Virus record (IMG/VR): IMGVR_UViG_3300002482_000040
Span: 1-30,031 of that record
Source: a virus
Taxonomy: Duplodnaviria; Caudoviricetes
Strand: one strand, 5' to 3'
DNA: 30,031 bases
Every line of letters begins with the position of its first letter. Position 1 is the stretch's first letter. The notes beneath the pieces were generated by a model that did no database searches, was not told the DNA's origin, and saw nothing but the letters and a program-made list of their open reading frames with translations. Of the stretch, positions 1-9,077 are shown one piece after another. The position numbers and the translations under genes were made by a program.

Positions 1-2241
1 GATTTGATACCAGTTCCTGAGAAAGCGGAGGCGGTCTATGAGCCACCGCCAGACAGAATCTTCAGCTTCAAGAATATCTTAGCAAAGACGCAGGCGGGTA
101 GAGGATGTGAGCAGCTACGTAGCATCGTGCTGCACCAGAAAGAAACGGTAGAGCCTATGTGGAGGGCAGGGCTTTCAATCGTTAAATACTGTGAGAATGC
201 CGAAAGTCACGCGCATAACATCTCGCACTTGCACGACGAATACACTCCAGAACTGACAAAAGAAAAGTTTGAGCTAATCAAGGGGCCGTATCGCTGCGCT
301 ACCTTTGATGAACTAAACCCTGATGTCTGCATACACTGTCCGAACTGGGGCAAGATCAAATCACCTATATCTCTGGGCGCTAGGTTTGCACCTGCAACGG
401 CTGCAACACCTGATCCAGATACTCTTTTCTCCGATACAACAGTCGGCGAAGAAACTACTTTATCAGAACACGTTATACCAAATTATCCGCGCCCATATTT
501 TCGGGGCGCAAGTGGCGGCATATATGTCCGTAGCGTCGGGCCGGACGGGGACGTGGACGAACGTGTCATCTACCACAACGATCTGTATGTGACTAAACGC
601 TTAGTTGATGTGGAAGCGGGAGAGTCGGTTGTTTGCCGATTACACCTACCGAAAGACGGTGTGCGAGAGTTTACAATGCCACTAACGGCGGTTACGTCCC
701 GCGAAGAGTTTAGAAAAACAATGTCCATGCAGGGCGTTGCAGTAACAAGACCGGACGATCTAATACAGTATATGACTACTTGGGTAAACGAATTACAAGC
801 CTCTACTACAGCAGATACGGCCCACCGACAGTTCGGTTGGATAGACGACAAGTGTTCGGCTTTTGTAGTTGGCGACAAAGAAATACACCCTAACAAGATT
901 CGGTATAACCCACCATCTACTCCAACTGCAGCGCTGCTTTCTAAGTTTGAGCCAAAGGGCACCTTGGATGGATGGAAAGCTATGGCGAACTTCTATACGA
1001 CTAGGCCGGAACTTGTGATGCACCAGTACGTTGTATGCACCGCGTTTGGGTCACCACTCATGCACTTCTTCCCACAAAACGCCTGTGCACTCCACTTGCA
1101 CAGTTCGATCAGCGGATGCGGTAAGACCGCAGCTATCCGCGTAGCAGCGTCAGTGTGGGGATACGAGAAAGCTCTCATGCTAGAAGAGCGAGACACAGAC
1201 TCTATGAAGTTTAACCGTGCAGAGGTGCTGCACAACCTACCATTCTACGTCGATGAATTGACAAACGAGCACAGTAAAAGACTCAGCGATTTAGCGTATC
1301 AGCTATCGTCAGGGCAGCAGCGTGGGCGTATGGCAGGTGGTGCGAACCTAGAGCGCACTAGAGGAGAGCCTTGGAAGTTCCTAGCCGTTACAACGGGCAA
1401 CGCTAGCGTCATAGAGCGCATTGCTCTGGAGAAACAAGCGCCGAAAGCAGAAGCACAACGGATGATGGAATGGCCTGCACAGAAGGTATTTAGCACCACA
1501 GAAGAGAAACGCGACACCGACTTGTTTGATGAAGCAGTAGCGGCTAACTACGGACATGCTGGGACTATCTATATTCAGCACATCATGCAGAACCTCGACT
1601 ATGTAAAAGTTAAGCTCAAAGAAGTACAGCAACGTGTGGATACAGTAGCAGGGCTAACATCTGAGAACAGGTTTTGGTCTGCTGGAGTTGCTTGCACGCT
1701 CACGGGGGCTATCTTCGCTAAGAAGTTAGGACTCATAGATTACGACACGAAGGAGTTATTCAAATGGTCTATCAAATTATTGAAGCACAACATGGACTCG
1801 GTTAGCGGTATGGGCGTGTCAGTACGGCAAACACTGAACGAATACTTGAATGAAAACTTCAACAACATACTGATGATTAAAAGCACCGACGATCTACGAA
1901 AGCAGTCGAACGGGTTGGACTCATTAGTCATACCAGACGCGCTGCCAAAGGGTAAGTTGGTCGCACGATACGAAACAGATATACAGCAGGTGTATCTAGC
2001 ACCGAAACCGCTGAAAGTCTGGTGCGCTGCACAGCAGGTGAACTACAGCGCGTTTGTAAGTGATCTGACTAAGAAGATGGGTGCCAAACGGGGGAAGGTG
2101 CGTTTAACGAAAGGCACTCAGTTTAGGACAGACGCACAGCATGTATTAATAGTGAAAATGAAACTAGGAGGAGATGATGAGCAGGTTATTTCTGCAAGCG
2201 ATACAGGCGCAGAAGAAAGCGAAGGAGTTAATGAAGAGTAA
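1..2241 (+). CDS. DUF927-type primase-helicase (5'-truncated): Cys-rich primase C-terminal domain plus P-loop NTPase
   Basis: Frame is open from the window edge. Cys-rich region (C..EPMWRAGLSI..PYRC-x10-CIHCP..IKSPISLG), DUF927-like FGW segment, Walker A-like SSISGCGKT (SGCGKT at 1111-1128), Walker B FYVDE, and GQQRGR..TTGN motifs. Confidence 0.8.
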   Translation, partial: DLIPVPEKAEAVYEPPPDRIFSFKNILAKTQAGRGCEQLRSIVLHQKETVEPMWRAGLSIVKYCENAESHAHNISHLHDEYTPELTKEKFELIKGPYRCATFDELNPDVCIHCPNWGKIKSPISLGARFAPATAATPDPDTLFSDTTVGEETTLSEHVIPNYPRPYFRGASGGIYVRSVGPDGDVDERVIYHNDLYVTKRLVDVEAGESVVCRLHLPKDGVREFTMPLTAVTSREEFRKTMSMQGVAVTRPDDLIQYMTTWVNELQASTTADTAHRQFGWIDDKCSAFVVGDKEIHPNKIRYNPPSTPTAALLSKFEPKGTLDGWKAMANFYTTRPELVMHQYVVCTAFGSPLMHFFPQNACALHLHSSISGCGKTAAIRVAASVWGYEKALMLEERDTDSMKFNRAEVLHNLPFYVDELTNEHSKRLSDLAYQLSSGQQRGRMAGGANLERTRGEPWKFLAVTTGNASVIERIALEKQAPKAEAQRMMEWPAQKVFSTTEEKRDTDLFDEAVAANYGHAGTIYIQHIMQNLDYVKVKLKEVQQRVDTVAGLTSENRFWSAGVACTLTGAIFAKKLGLIDYDTKELFKWSIKLLKHNMDSVSGMGVSVRQTLNEYLNENFNNILMIKSTDDLRKQSNGLDSLVIPDALPKGKLVARYETDIQQVYLAPKPLKVWCAAQQVNYSAFVSDLTKKMGAKRGKVRLTKGTQFRTDAQHVLIVKMKLGGDDEQVISASDTGAEESEGVNEE
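2166..2174 (+). promoter_or_regulatory. Strong Shine-Dalgarno site (AGGAGGAGA) of the HTH gene, inside the primase 3' end
   Basis: AGGAGG at 2166-2171, 5 nt before ATG 2177. Confidence 0.75.
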
Positions 2242-2473
2242 GGGCGGACGGAATGGTTCGTTACCACAAGACATCGAGAAAAAGAAACCGGAAAAACAGT
2301 TAATTGATCTGGCGCTTGCGGAAAAGGTATTGGATCTACAAGAGAAGGGTGTGCCTAGATCGGGGATAGCAGACATGTTGCAGGTGTCGCCATCTAAGAT
2401 AAGCAACATCACACGGCGCTTTTACCGTAAAAGTGGTGAAGTGCGTAGGTTGGTGCGTAAACACGGTTCTTAA
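2177..2473 (+). CDS. Small helix-turn-helix DNA-binding protein
   Basis: C-terminal VLDLQEKGVPRSGIADMLQVSPSKISNITRR fits an HTH pattern. SD spacing favours ATG 2177 over 2174. TAATG coupling to the next gene. Confidence 0.7.
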   Translation: MSRLFLQAIQAQKKAKELMKSKGGRNGSLPQDIEKKKPEKQLIDLALAEKVLDLQEKGVPRSGIADMLQVSPSKISNITRRFYRKSGEVRRLVRKHGS

Positions 2474-2697
2474 TGTCTGTAGTAAAACTTGATGACTTAA
2501 CTCCTGATGGAGTTCACATAGTAGTCGATTGGGAAGCTATGGTTATCGGTAGCTCTGTGTTTATACCATGTGTCAATACAGATAAAGCTACGCAACAAGT
2601 GAAGGCTATCTGCATCGAAAGAAAAGGGTGGGACATCGTAGCTAAGACGCGAGTAGAAAGTTCGCTTTTGGGTGTTCGTGTTTGGAGAATCTTGTGA
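2473..2697 (+). CDS. Small conserved phage protein (MxxGxSxFIP...GVRVWR type), possibly DNA-binding
   Basis: 74 aa, TAATG-coupled. Motifs WEAMVIGSSVFIPC and GVRVWRI resemble a widespread small phage protein family. Confidence 0.7.
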   Translation: MSVVKLDDLTPDGVHIVVDWEAMVIGSSVFIPCVNTDKATQQVKAICIERKGWDIVAKTRVESSLLGVRVWRIL

Positions 2698-2710
2698 TAC
2701 GATCCTGCCC

Positions 2711-2791
2711 GACAAGGCTGATGGTCTCCTCCAATAGAACTTGTCCCCTCTACTGCGTTCTCCCCTTCCACACGCAGTAGAGGGCTTCTAT
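2711..2791 (+). ncRNA. Candidate two-hairpin sRNA with anti-SD loops
   Basis: Extended -10 TGaTACGAT at 2695-2703. Stem 1 GACAAG(2711-2716)/CTTGTC(2740-2745) with TCTCCTCC in the loop. Stem 2 of 13 bp (2746-2784) with loop TCTCCCCTTCCAC. Followed by CTTCTATT. Confidence 0.4.
2746..2784. terminator. Perfect 13-bp inverted repeat between convergent arms, probable (bidirectional) terminator
   Basis: CCCTCTACTGCGT (2746-2758) and ACGCAGTAGAGGG (2772-2784) with a 13-nt loop. U-tracts are weak on both strands. Confidence 0.6.
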
Positions 2792-5700
2792 TAGAAAAAT
2801 CCGTCTTCTTCTACGGTAGCTTGTATATTCTTGGGTAGTACCACACCGTTGTGCATCCCTGTTGCACTTGTTGCCCTGTGCCTAGCAAGAGATTTCTTCA
2901 CTGTCTTTCTACTTATAAACAGGTCAGAGTCCCTGTCCACCGCCGCCGAAGCGTTAAACTCGTCTATTTCACGTTCTGCATCATCCATTCCTTCAAAGTC
3001 CCCGTACTGTTCAGCCACGTACAGTTTCTTCAACAGTTTTGCGCGTTTAGCTCTATCTCTGTCTGACATCCTCTTAGCAGCAGAAGTCTCGTCCATAGCT
3101 TTGGTGTACTCGTTTGGTGGGAACCCAAACACCTTGGCAACCAAATCACCGGCTGTTATGTCGTCGTACATAAAGTCACCACGCCGAGTGCGGATACCCC
3201 CTTCCATACCAAACCTGACAGCCTGCATTGCGTTTCTCACAGCTCCCGGTAGTATGTCTTCCATACCTCTTACTAAGTCACCGTCTGCCATCTTATCCCA
3301 ACCTTTTCTAGCTCTGCGGTACACACTCCACGCAGGGCCACCTACAAGGTGAGCAAGCTCTTCTTCTGGTGAAGGGTTAGTGTTAAACCTGTCAGCTTCA
3401 AACAACAAGTCGGTTAACTTCACACGTTGAGCTACGTCGAATCCAGTAAGTTCAGAGAGCAGCCCTCTGTACACCATTTCATTGTCTATTGTGCGGCGTA
3501 CGTAAAAGTCAGCTTCTTCGTCATCGTCCCCTAAAAAGAACATGTCAGCCAACATAGTTACCGCACCGTACAGCGGTAGTCCCTGCACTCCTGCAAAGAA
3601 CAACGCGGACAAGTGAACTCCTGCAAGCTGTTTTGCTGCGTCAGATCGAAAAGCATCGGCTGCGGCACTGGCGGCGGCTGCTGCCATACCCTTTGACTCA
3701 AGGTCTCTAGCGTAAGAAGCTCGCGCTACATCAAGTGCTTCTTTTCCGGTTTTGAGCATGGTGTAGTACATCTGGATGCCGTAGTTCTTGTACATCAGAG
3801 CTACGCGACCAACATGCTTCCGCGCAAAGCGTGGGCCAGTTTCTAAGGTTGCACCACCGTTAATCTGCTGTGTTTCATATATTGCTTCTTCTGCGGCTTG
3901 TTGCTGTTGTTCAAGAGTGGGTTTCTTACCACCTGTTAACTTGTTCAGTGCAAGGTCGTACGCAGTAATTAGCGTTACTTGACGATTCATTACCTCTGCT
4001 TCGTGAAACATCAATGCAGATATGTTTGTCACCGTATCAGGAAAACTTTGTTTTCGACCTGATTGGTCTACGTTGAGTGTTTCCGCTAGGAACGATGAAT
4101 TGAGCTGCCCACGACGAGCTGCTAGTTCTATCAAAGGCTTGAGATTATCTAACCTAGTTACCGTGTCCTTGGGTAGGTTTAAGTCTTTACGTACTGAGAA
4201 AACCAGCGAGCCGTCACTGTCTCTAGTGAACGTGTAGTAGTTGTCGATTGATTTCAAAGCCTTGTCTTGCATGGCTTCAAGAGCTTGTCCTACACCACCT
4301 TCACGGAATGCTTCTCTCACAGATGCAGGTGTCGTGTTGTCTCCGAACAAAGTTTCTGCTGTCTTGTTAGAGGGAGACCCCATAAACAACTTTGTTGCAG
4401 CACCAAGAGCCTTACGAGTATTCCCATAGCCATGTTTACCAGCGAGCATTGGGTAAGCAAACAGTGGTATCTGTGACAAGTTGACCAGTGCAGACGAGGG
4501 GTTCCAACCGATAGTCCACATAAATGCAAGTCGGTTTGCGTTTTTAGCAACGGTGTCTCTGGGTGGATTAACCGCAAAATTAGCACGGTTCACCACTTCT
4601 GCAATCACTGCACTGTCCCTACGGTCTTTAGGCACAGTCTCTAAAAACTCGTCCTTCAAGCGCATTATGCGGTTAGTATTTTTTATACGCTCCGTCTGTC
4701 GCGCCAAGTCGTACGCTTTTGTTCTGGCTGCTTCTACCGCATCAACATCAAAACCAAAGGTCTTTTTACGTTTAATTAACCCTTTTGCGAAAGAGGATTC
4801 TGGTAATGACTCAAGGAACAAGCGCATTACCTGTTCTTTTACGTCTGGCGCTGCATCATTAGCGTTGAGTACGCTAAGCACTTGCGATATAAAAGATCCA
4901 GATGGGGGATCAGTGTAGACATTAGACTCATCAGGGTTAAATACTTCTACATCAAATCCTTGTGCAGCATAGTCTTCTGCCGCTTTGAGTCTGTCCCCCT
5001 GCGTCTTAAAAGCAAATACAGCAGACTCAGACAGGGCTTTTGGATTCTTTACCGCTAGCCAATGTGTACCTTCACGAGTTAATGGGAAGTATGGTTCCAC
5101 ACCCGTGCGTTCTAGTAACTTACTGAGCAGTTCGTTCTTGAGCGTCGTTTTTTGCTCGTCGTTAATGTCGGCATTGTCGATTCTACCCTTGAGCGCGTTT
5201 AACAGTTCGTTGTACTGATCCTTATAGAACTGTCGCAAACTATCGTAGGCTTGCCTACCGTCTTTGCCGAGCGTAGCGCCCATGTAGATAGCGTGTAGTT
5301 CTTTGTGTCGAGCTACTTTTAGCTGGTCAGTGCCTTCTACAGTCTGCTTACCGTATTTCTTTTTAGCCTGTGCAGGGGTAAGAGCGGGGTCTACTTCGTC
5401 TAGTGTGCTGTCGTAGATTAGATTATTCCAAGCCTTCATCGTATTTTCAGATGCGTTGTTTGCCCACCTGAATATAGGAGTCAACCTCCTACGAGTATTT
5501 TGTTCTGATACGGTCAGATCACCACGTTGGTTTTCTATGGCTGTAAAAACTTTCTTAGCGCCATCTATACCTCGATCCACGGCAATATCTAACACAGACT
5601 GATTAGGTAAAAACCCTAAAACTACTTTTTTACCTTGTTTTCCCTGTGTGGAATCTTTATCTAATACAGCAGAAATATCCCGCGCTAACTTAGCTCCAAA

Positions 5701-8700
5701 CGCCTTACGACCTTCTTTGCTTTTTAAGTCACGTCGGGAATCTTTTATGCGATCTCCTATTTCTGTAACAGCCTCTCTGTCACTCATAGACCGCAAAGTA
5801 GGCCCGTAACGGTGTCTAGCAGCAGGGGCTAAGATTTCCTCTACCATACGGCTTGCTTCACGCTGGGCAGTCTTGGGGCCAAATTTACTAAGGCCAAGAA
5901 AGTCCGTAATTGTTTTAAGAAACCGCTGCCATGCGCTAAGTTTTTCGCCTTTAGGGTTTATACCTGCCAGTTCAAGTTGAAACTTAGGATTAGAAAACGC
6001 TTCAGCTACAAACTCTGCAACATTTTCAGAACCGTAGTAGGAAGAAAGAGAACCTTTTGTGTCTTCGTACAGTTTAGTCAGTTGTTTGGTTACTGGGTGT
6101 GCGCTATTTCGTAACGTGTTAATAGTAGCGGCGTGCGTCATTTCATGTAACAGCACATGATTATCTAAATAGTCTTCGCTAAGAAATATCGTGTTATCTC
6201 TGGTGACGAATACAGCATCAATGGTGCTCCCACCGCGAGTACCTAATCTTTCTTGCGGTACAATTTGTACTCGGGTGTCGCCGGTAAAGTCTGCAAGTTT
6301 TTTAGCTGCACGCTTAATAAACTTATCATTTGAAGATTCTGCTAGCCCTAATAACGCACGTCGTAGCTCATTATTACGTAGCGCTTTCTGTACCTGTTTC
6401 GGCATCGCCGAATCTAATTCAATTTCCGTACGTGTGGGGGCGTAAAGTATTTCGACGCCATCTTCTTTTGCTTGTCTTGCGGCCTTTCTTTCATCAGCTA
6501 GTTCTTTTATTCTGTCAGCAGCCTCGCGTTGTGCAGACCTGACTTTTCTAAGGTCGGCTGTCTTTATGCGTTCTTGTGTTTCAGCCCTAGACCTTTCGCC
6601 TTCGGCAACTCGCTGTGCCCTTTCTGTCTGTCTTTGAGTAGTAAGTCTTTCTTGAAATGCAATAGCATCACGCTCATCTGCACGTCTTTCTGCTATGTCC
6701 GCTGCCGTAGCTCTTCTTACAGGCTCTCTAGGTGGAGCTTCACGAACTTCTGTTAGTTTCTTAATAGCAGCCGCTTGGGTAGAGCCTAGCAGTAGAGGAG
6801 CTTCTACATCGGCAGGGAAGTCAGGATCAGGGCGATCAAGAGATATGAAGCTAAAATCTGTTTCTCCGGTTTCAGGGTCTACAGACTCTTCTCTCCTAAC
6901 ACGTTCTACGCTACCGTCAGGGAATCTAATCTCTGCATCACCTGTGGTCGAGTCGATTTCAGACATACTAGCTTTTGTACGTTTACGACCTACCTTAGCT
7001 TTGACCTTACGAGCTAGTGCACCACGCTGTTTTCCTTTTCCAACATCAACTGCATCAGCGTCTCTTCCAACATCTCCCACTGTTCGTCCGTCAAGTGCAG
7101 CAGTCTCGGTGGTATCTTCACCCCGCTCTGTAGAATCCACGCTTGCTGGATCAACTGCATCGCCTGTTCCAACTCCTGTTGCAACAGCTCCTCTTTTTCG
7201 CGGTGCCAAAACTCTATCGGGTATACGACGTTGCTCACTAGGTACTCCTTCTAATAACTGGGTAACACCACGCCGAACCTTCTGAGACTTTAGGCGATTA
7301 GCTTCATTAGTCAGCGCGTCACGTACAGCAGGATCTGTTAAGTCCTTACCAAGAACTTCATTACGTATTCTCGTGTTATTTGTAGCAAACCCCGCAGCGG
7401 TGAGGTCTTCTTCTGTTACCACACGAGGCGCAGGTGCGGCATCAACGTCACGAGTTTCAGTAGCGTCGAGTGCAGCTTCTGTTTCCACAGCAAGTTCTGT
7501 AGGAAACATTTCACCCTGCGCTTCACGAGTTATTGCTTCACGTTCTCGTGCAAGTCGCACCTCTGCGGCAGGCGTATCGTCCGTAATTTTTTGTTCTTTA
7601 TCACGCTGGTTAATACGGTCTAAGACTTCTTGTCGAGTAAGTGCCTGTCCCTCTGGGGTAACGGCAAGTGTTTCACCGGCAACGGTATCTGTATCGCGTC
7701 TACGTCTTTCAAGCTGCCTTTCAAGATCTCTTTCTGCTTTTCGTCCCCTTCTAGGTACAAACACGTCTCGTCTTTCAACATCACCCAGTGCGCGTTTTTC
7801 TTTTTCTGGTGCAGGTAATCTTTGCAGTTGTGGGCCGACAGTAGTTTCTGGTTCTAACTCCGGTAGCACCATTTGGTCAGGGCTTACTTCAGCAGTGCGT
7901 TCTTCTGTTGGCTCAATCACACGCTCAAGCGCATCAAACTCGGCAGGCGACAGAGCTACTATCCTGTCTTGTACAGTCTTTTGTTGCTTTTCAGTTAGCT
8001 GGTCAAATGGCTTTTTGAACCCCTTGAACACTTGTGCGCGTATTGCTTCGCCGTCAATAGCTTCGGCTTCTTCGGCATCAAGTGCTAAGTCAAGCTGTGT
8101 AGGCTCTTCTGGCCTAAACTCAAGCAGCCCTGCAACGTCGTCAGGTTTTTCTGCTTCTTCTTTTGCGGCATCGCCAACAGTTTTACCTGCTCGTCGTGGA
8201 GCAAAGAGATCAACAAACCCTTGAAGTATGGCACCTGCGGCACCGCCAACTGCGGCTTCTTCTGCCGTGTCAGCACCAAGAATCTCTCTAGCAGCGTTGT
8301 ATTCTTGCTCGTTGAGGTTTTGCAGTATGTTGGATGCAGCTTCCTGCGTAAGTTCTGCACCGCCTGTTATACCCGCGCTAGTAAGACGCTCGCCTATAGT
8401 TTCAACTTTTTCGGGCGGTATCTTTTCTAGGAGTTTAGTAAGCGTGGGTAGGTCAGCAAGTTTAACTACTCTTGCAAGAGGTATTGCTTCAAGTACGCCT
8501 GCTAGTAGAACAAGGGGGGCATCTACTGCTTTTTCTCGTTCTTCTACTGTAGCATCAGCAGCGCGTGCTCGTTCACTCGCTTCACCTCTAGCTGCCGCGT
8601 ACCCTAAGCCTCCTAAGCCTGTAGCGACGGCAGCGCCGGGAGCACCAAGAGCAGCAGCACCTAAACCAGCCCCAGCAAAACCAAAAAGAGATCCAAGACC

Positions 8701-9063
8701 AGAGGCTACTTTATATGTAGGCGAATCAGGATCACCACCTTCAGGGCGCAAAAAGTCTGCTATGCCCTTAATACGCTCTCTAGCAGCAGTTTCTTCCTCT
8801 TCTTCTAGTAGGCTAGCAACACCTAAACTAGCGGTTTCGCCAATACCAACAAGCCCTGCACCGAACCCAGAGGTGATGTCTTCAACCACGCCGGTTTCTC
8901 TACGCGGCATAGCTGCGCGTAATTGAGCAAACCGTTGTTCACGTCGAAGTTGTTTCTTTAACTCTGTAGCAAGAATAGTAGCAGATTGAACATCGCCAGC
9001 AGCATGTGCATTTTTTAGCGCGGTAGCTAGGTCTTCTGTGCGATCAGAATAGGCTTCAGCCAT
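2791..9063 (-). CDS. Giant internal virion/ejection protein (polyvalent-protein type) with zincin-like metallopeptidase and PLxRFG-like domains
   Basis: 2090 aa, last gene of the late operon. N-terminal LATALKNAHAAGDVQSA motif, Gly/Ala-rich hydrophobic helices, long charged linker, VLLHEMTH (HEMTH at 6133-6147) with downstream EFVAEAF, PYFPLTREG (about 5068-5094), hydrophobic C-terminal region. Confidence 0.8.
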   Translation of the reverse strand: MAEAYSDRTEDLATALKNAHAAGDVQSATILATELKKQLRREQRFAQLRAAMPRRETGVVEDITSGFGAGLVGIGETASLGVASLLEEEEETAARERIKGIADFLRPEGGDPDSPTYKVASGLGSLFGFAGAGLGAAALGAPGAAVATGLGGLGYAAARGEASERARAADATVEEREKAVDAPLVLLAGVLEAIPLARVVKLADLPTLTKLLEKIPPEKVETIGERLTSAGITGGAELTQEAASNILQNLNEQEYNAAREILGADTAEEAAVGGAAGAILQGFVDLFAPRRAGKTVGDAAKEEAEKPDDVAGLLEFRPEEPTQLDLALDAEEAEAIDGEAIRAQVFKGFKKPFDQLTEKQQKTVQDRIVALSPAEFDALERVIEPTEERTAEVSPDQMVLPELEPETTVGPQLQRLPAPEKEKRALGDVERRDVFVPRRGRKAERDLERQLERRRRDTDTVAGETLAVTPEGQALTRQEVLDRINQRDKEQKITDDTPAAEVRLAREREAITREAQGEMFPTELAVETEAALDATETRDVDAAPAPRVVTEEDLTAAGFATNNTRIRNEVLGKDLTDPAVRDALTNEANRLKSQKVRRGVTQLLEGVPSEQRRIPDRVLAPRKRGAVATGVGTGDAVDPASVDSTERGEDTTETAALDGRTVGDVGRDADAVDVGKGKQRGALARKVKAKVGRKRTKASMSEIDSTTGDAEIRFPDGSVERVRREESVDPETGETDFSFISLDRPDPDFPADVEAPLLLGSTQAAAIKKLTEVREAPPREPVRRATAADIAERRADERDAIAFQERLTTQRQTERAQRVAEGERSRAETQERIKTADLRKVRSAQREAADRIKELADERKAARQAKEDGVEILYAPTRTEIELDSAMPKQVQKALRNNELRRALLGLAESSNDKFIKRAAKKLADFTGDTRVQIVPQERLGTRGGSTIDAVFVTRDNTIFLSEDYLDNHVLLHEMTHAATINTLRNSAHPVTKQLTKLYEDTKGSLSSYYGSENVAEFVAEAFSNPKFQLELAGINPKGEKLSAWQRFLKTITDFLGLSKFGPKTAQREASRMVEEILAPAARHRYGPTLRSMSDREAVTEIGDRIKDSRRDLKSKEGRKAFGAKLARDISAVLDKDSTQGKQGKKVVLGFLPNQSVLDIAVDRGIDGAKKVFTAIENQRGDLTVSEQNTRRRLTPIFRWANNASENTMKAWNNLIYDSTLDEVDPALTPAQAKKKYGKQTVEGTDQLKVARHKELHAIYMGATLGKDGRQAYDSLRQFYKDQYNELLNALKGRIDNADINDEQKTTLKNELLSKLLERTGVEPYFPLTREGTHWLAVKNPKALSESAVFAFKTQGDRLKAAEDYAAQGFDVEVFNPDESNVYTDPPSGSFISQVLSVLNANDAAPDVKEQVMRLFLESLPESSFAKGLIKRKKTFGFDVDAVEAARTKAYDLARQTERIKNTNRIMRLKDEFLETVPKDRRDSAVIAEVVNRANFAVNPPRDTVAKNANRLAFMWTIGWNPSSALVNLSQIPLFAYPMLAGKHGYGNTRKALGAATKLFMGSPSNKTAETLFGDNTTPASVREAFREGGVGQALEAMQDKALKSIDNYYTFTRDSDGSLVFSVRKDLNLPKDTVTRLDNLKPLIELAARRGQLNSSFLAETLNVDQSGRKQSFPDTVTNISALMFHEAEVMNRQVTLITAYDLALNKLTGGKKPTLEQQQQAAEEAIYETQQINGGATLETGPRFARKHVGRVALMYKNYGIQMYYTMLKTGKEALDVARASYARDLESKGMAAAAASAAADAFRSDAAKQLAGVHLSALFFAGVQGLPLYGAVTMLADMFFLGDDDEEADFYVRRTIDNEMVYRGLLSELTGFDVAQRVKLTDLLFEADRFNTNPSPEEELAHLVGGPAWSVYRRARKGWDKMADGDLVRGMEDILPGAVRNAMQAVRFGMEGGIRTRRGDFMYDDITAGDLVAKVFGFPPNEYTKAMDETSAAKRMSDRDRAKRAKLLKKLYVAEQYGDFEGMDDAEREIDEFNASAAVDRDSDLFISRKTVKKSLARHRATSATGMHNGVVLPKNIQATVEEDGFF

Positions 9064-9077
9064 AACTTATTTACCCG

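Noticed and set aside
323-1931. Short ORFs overlapping the primase-helicase
   Set aside because: Nested or antisense, with no motifs or operon context.
2497-2771. Minus-strand ORFs across the junction (2497-2715, 2514-2771)
   Set aside because: They overlap the better-supported + strand gene and the hairpins. GGAGG in loop 1 lies about 12 nt before the TTG at 2715, but the start is inside a stem and the product is featureless.
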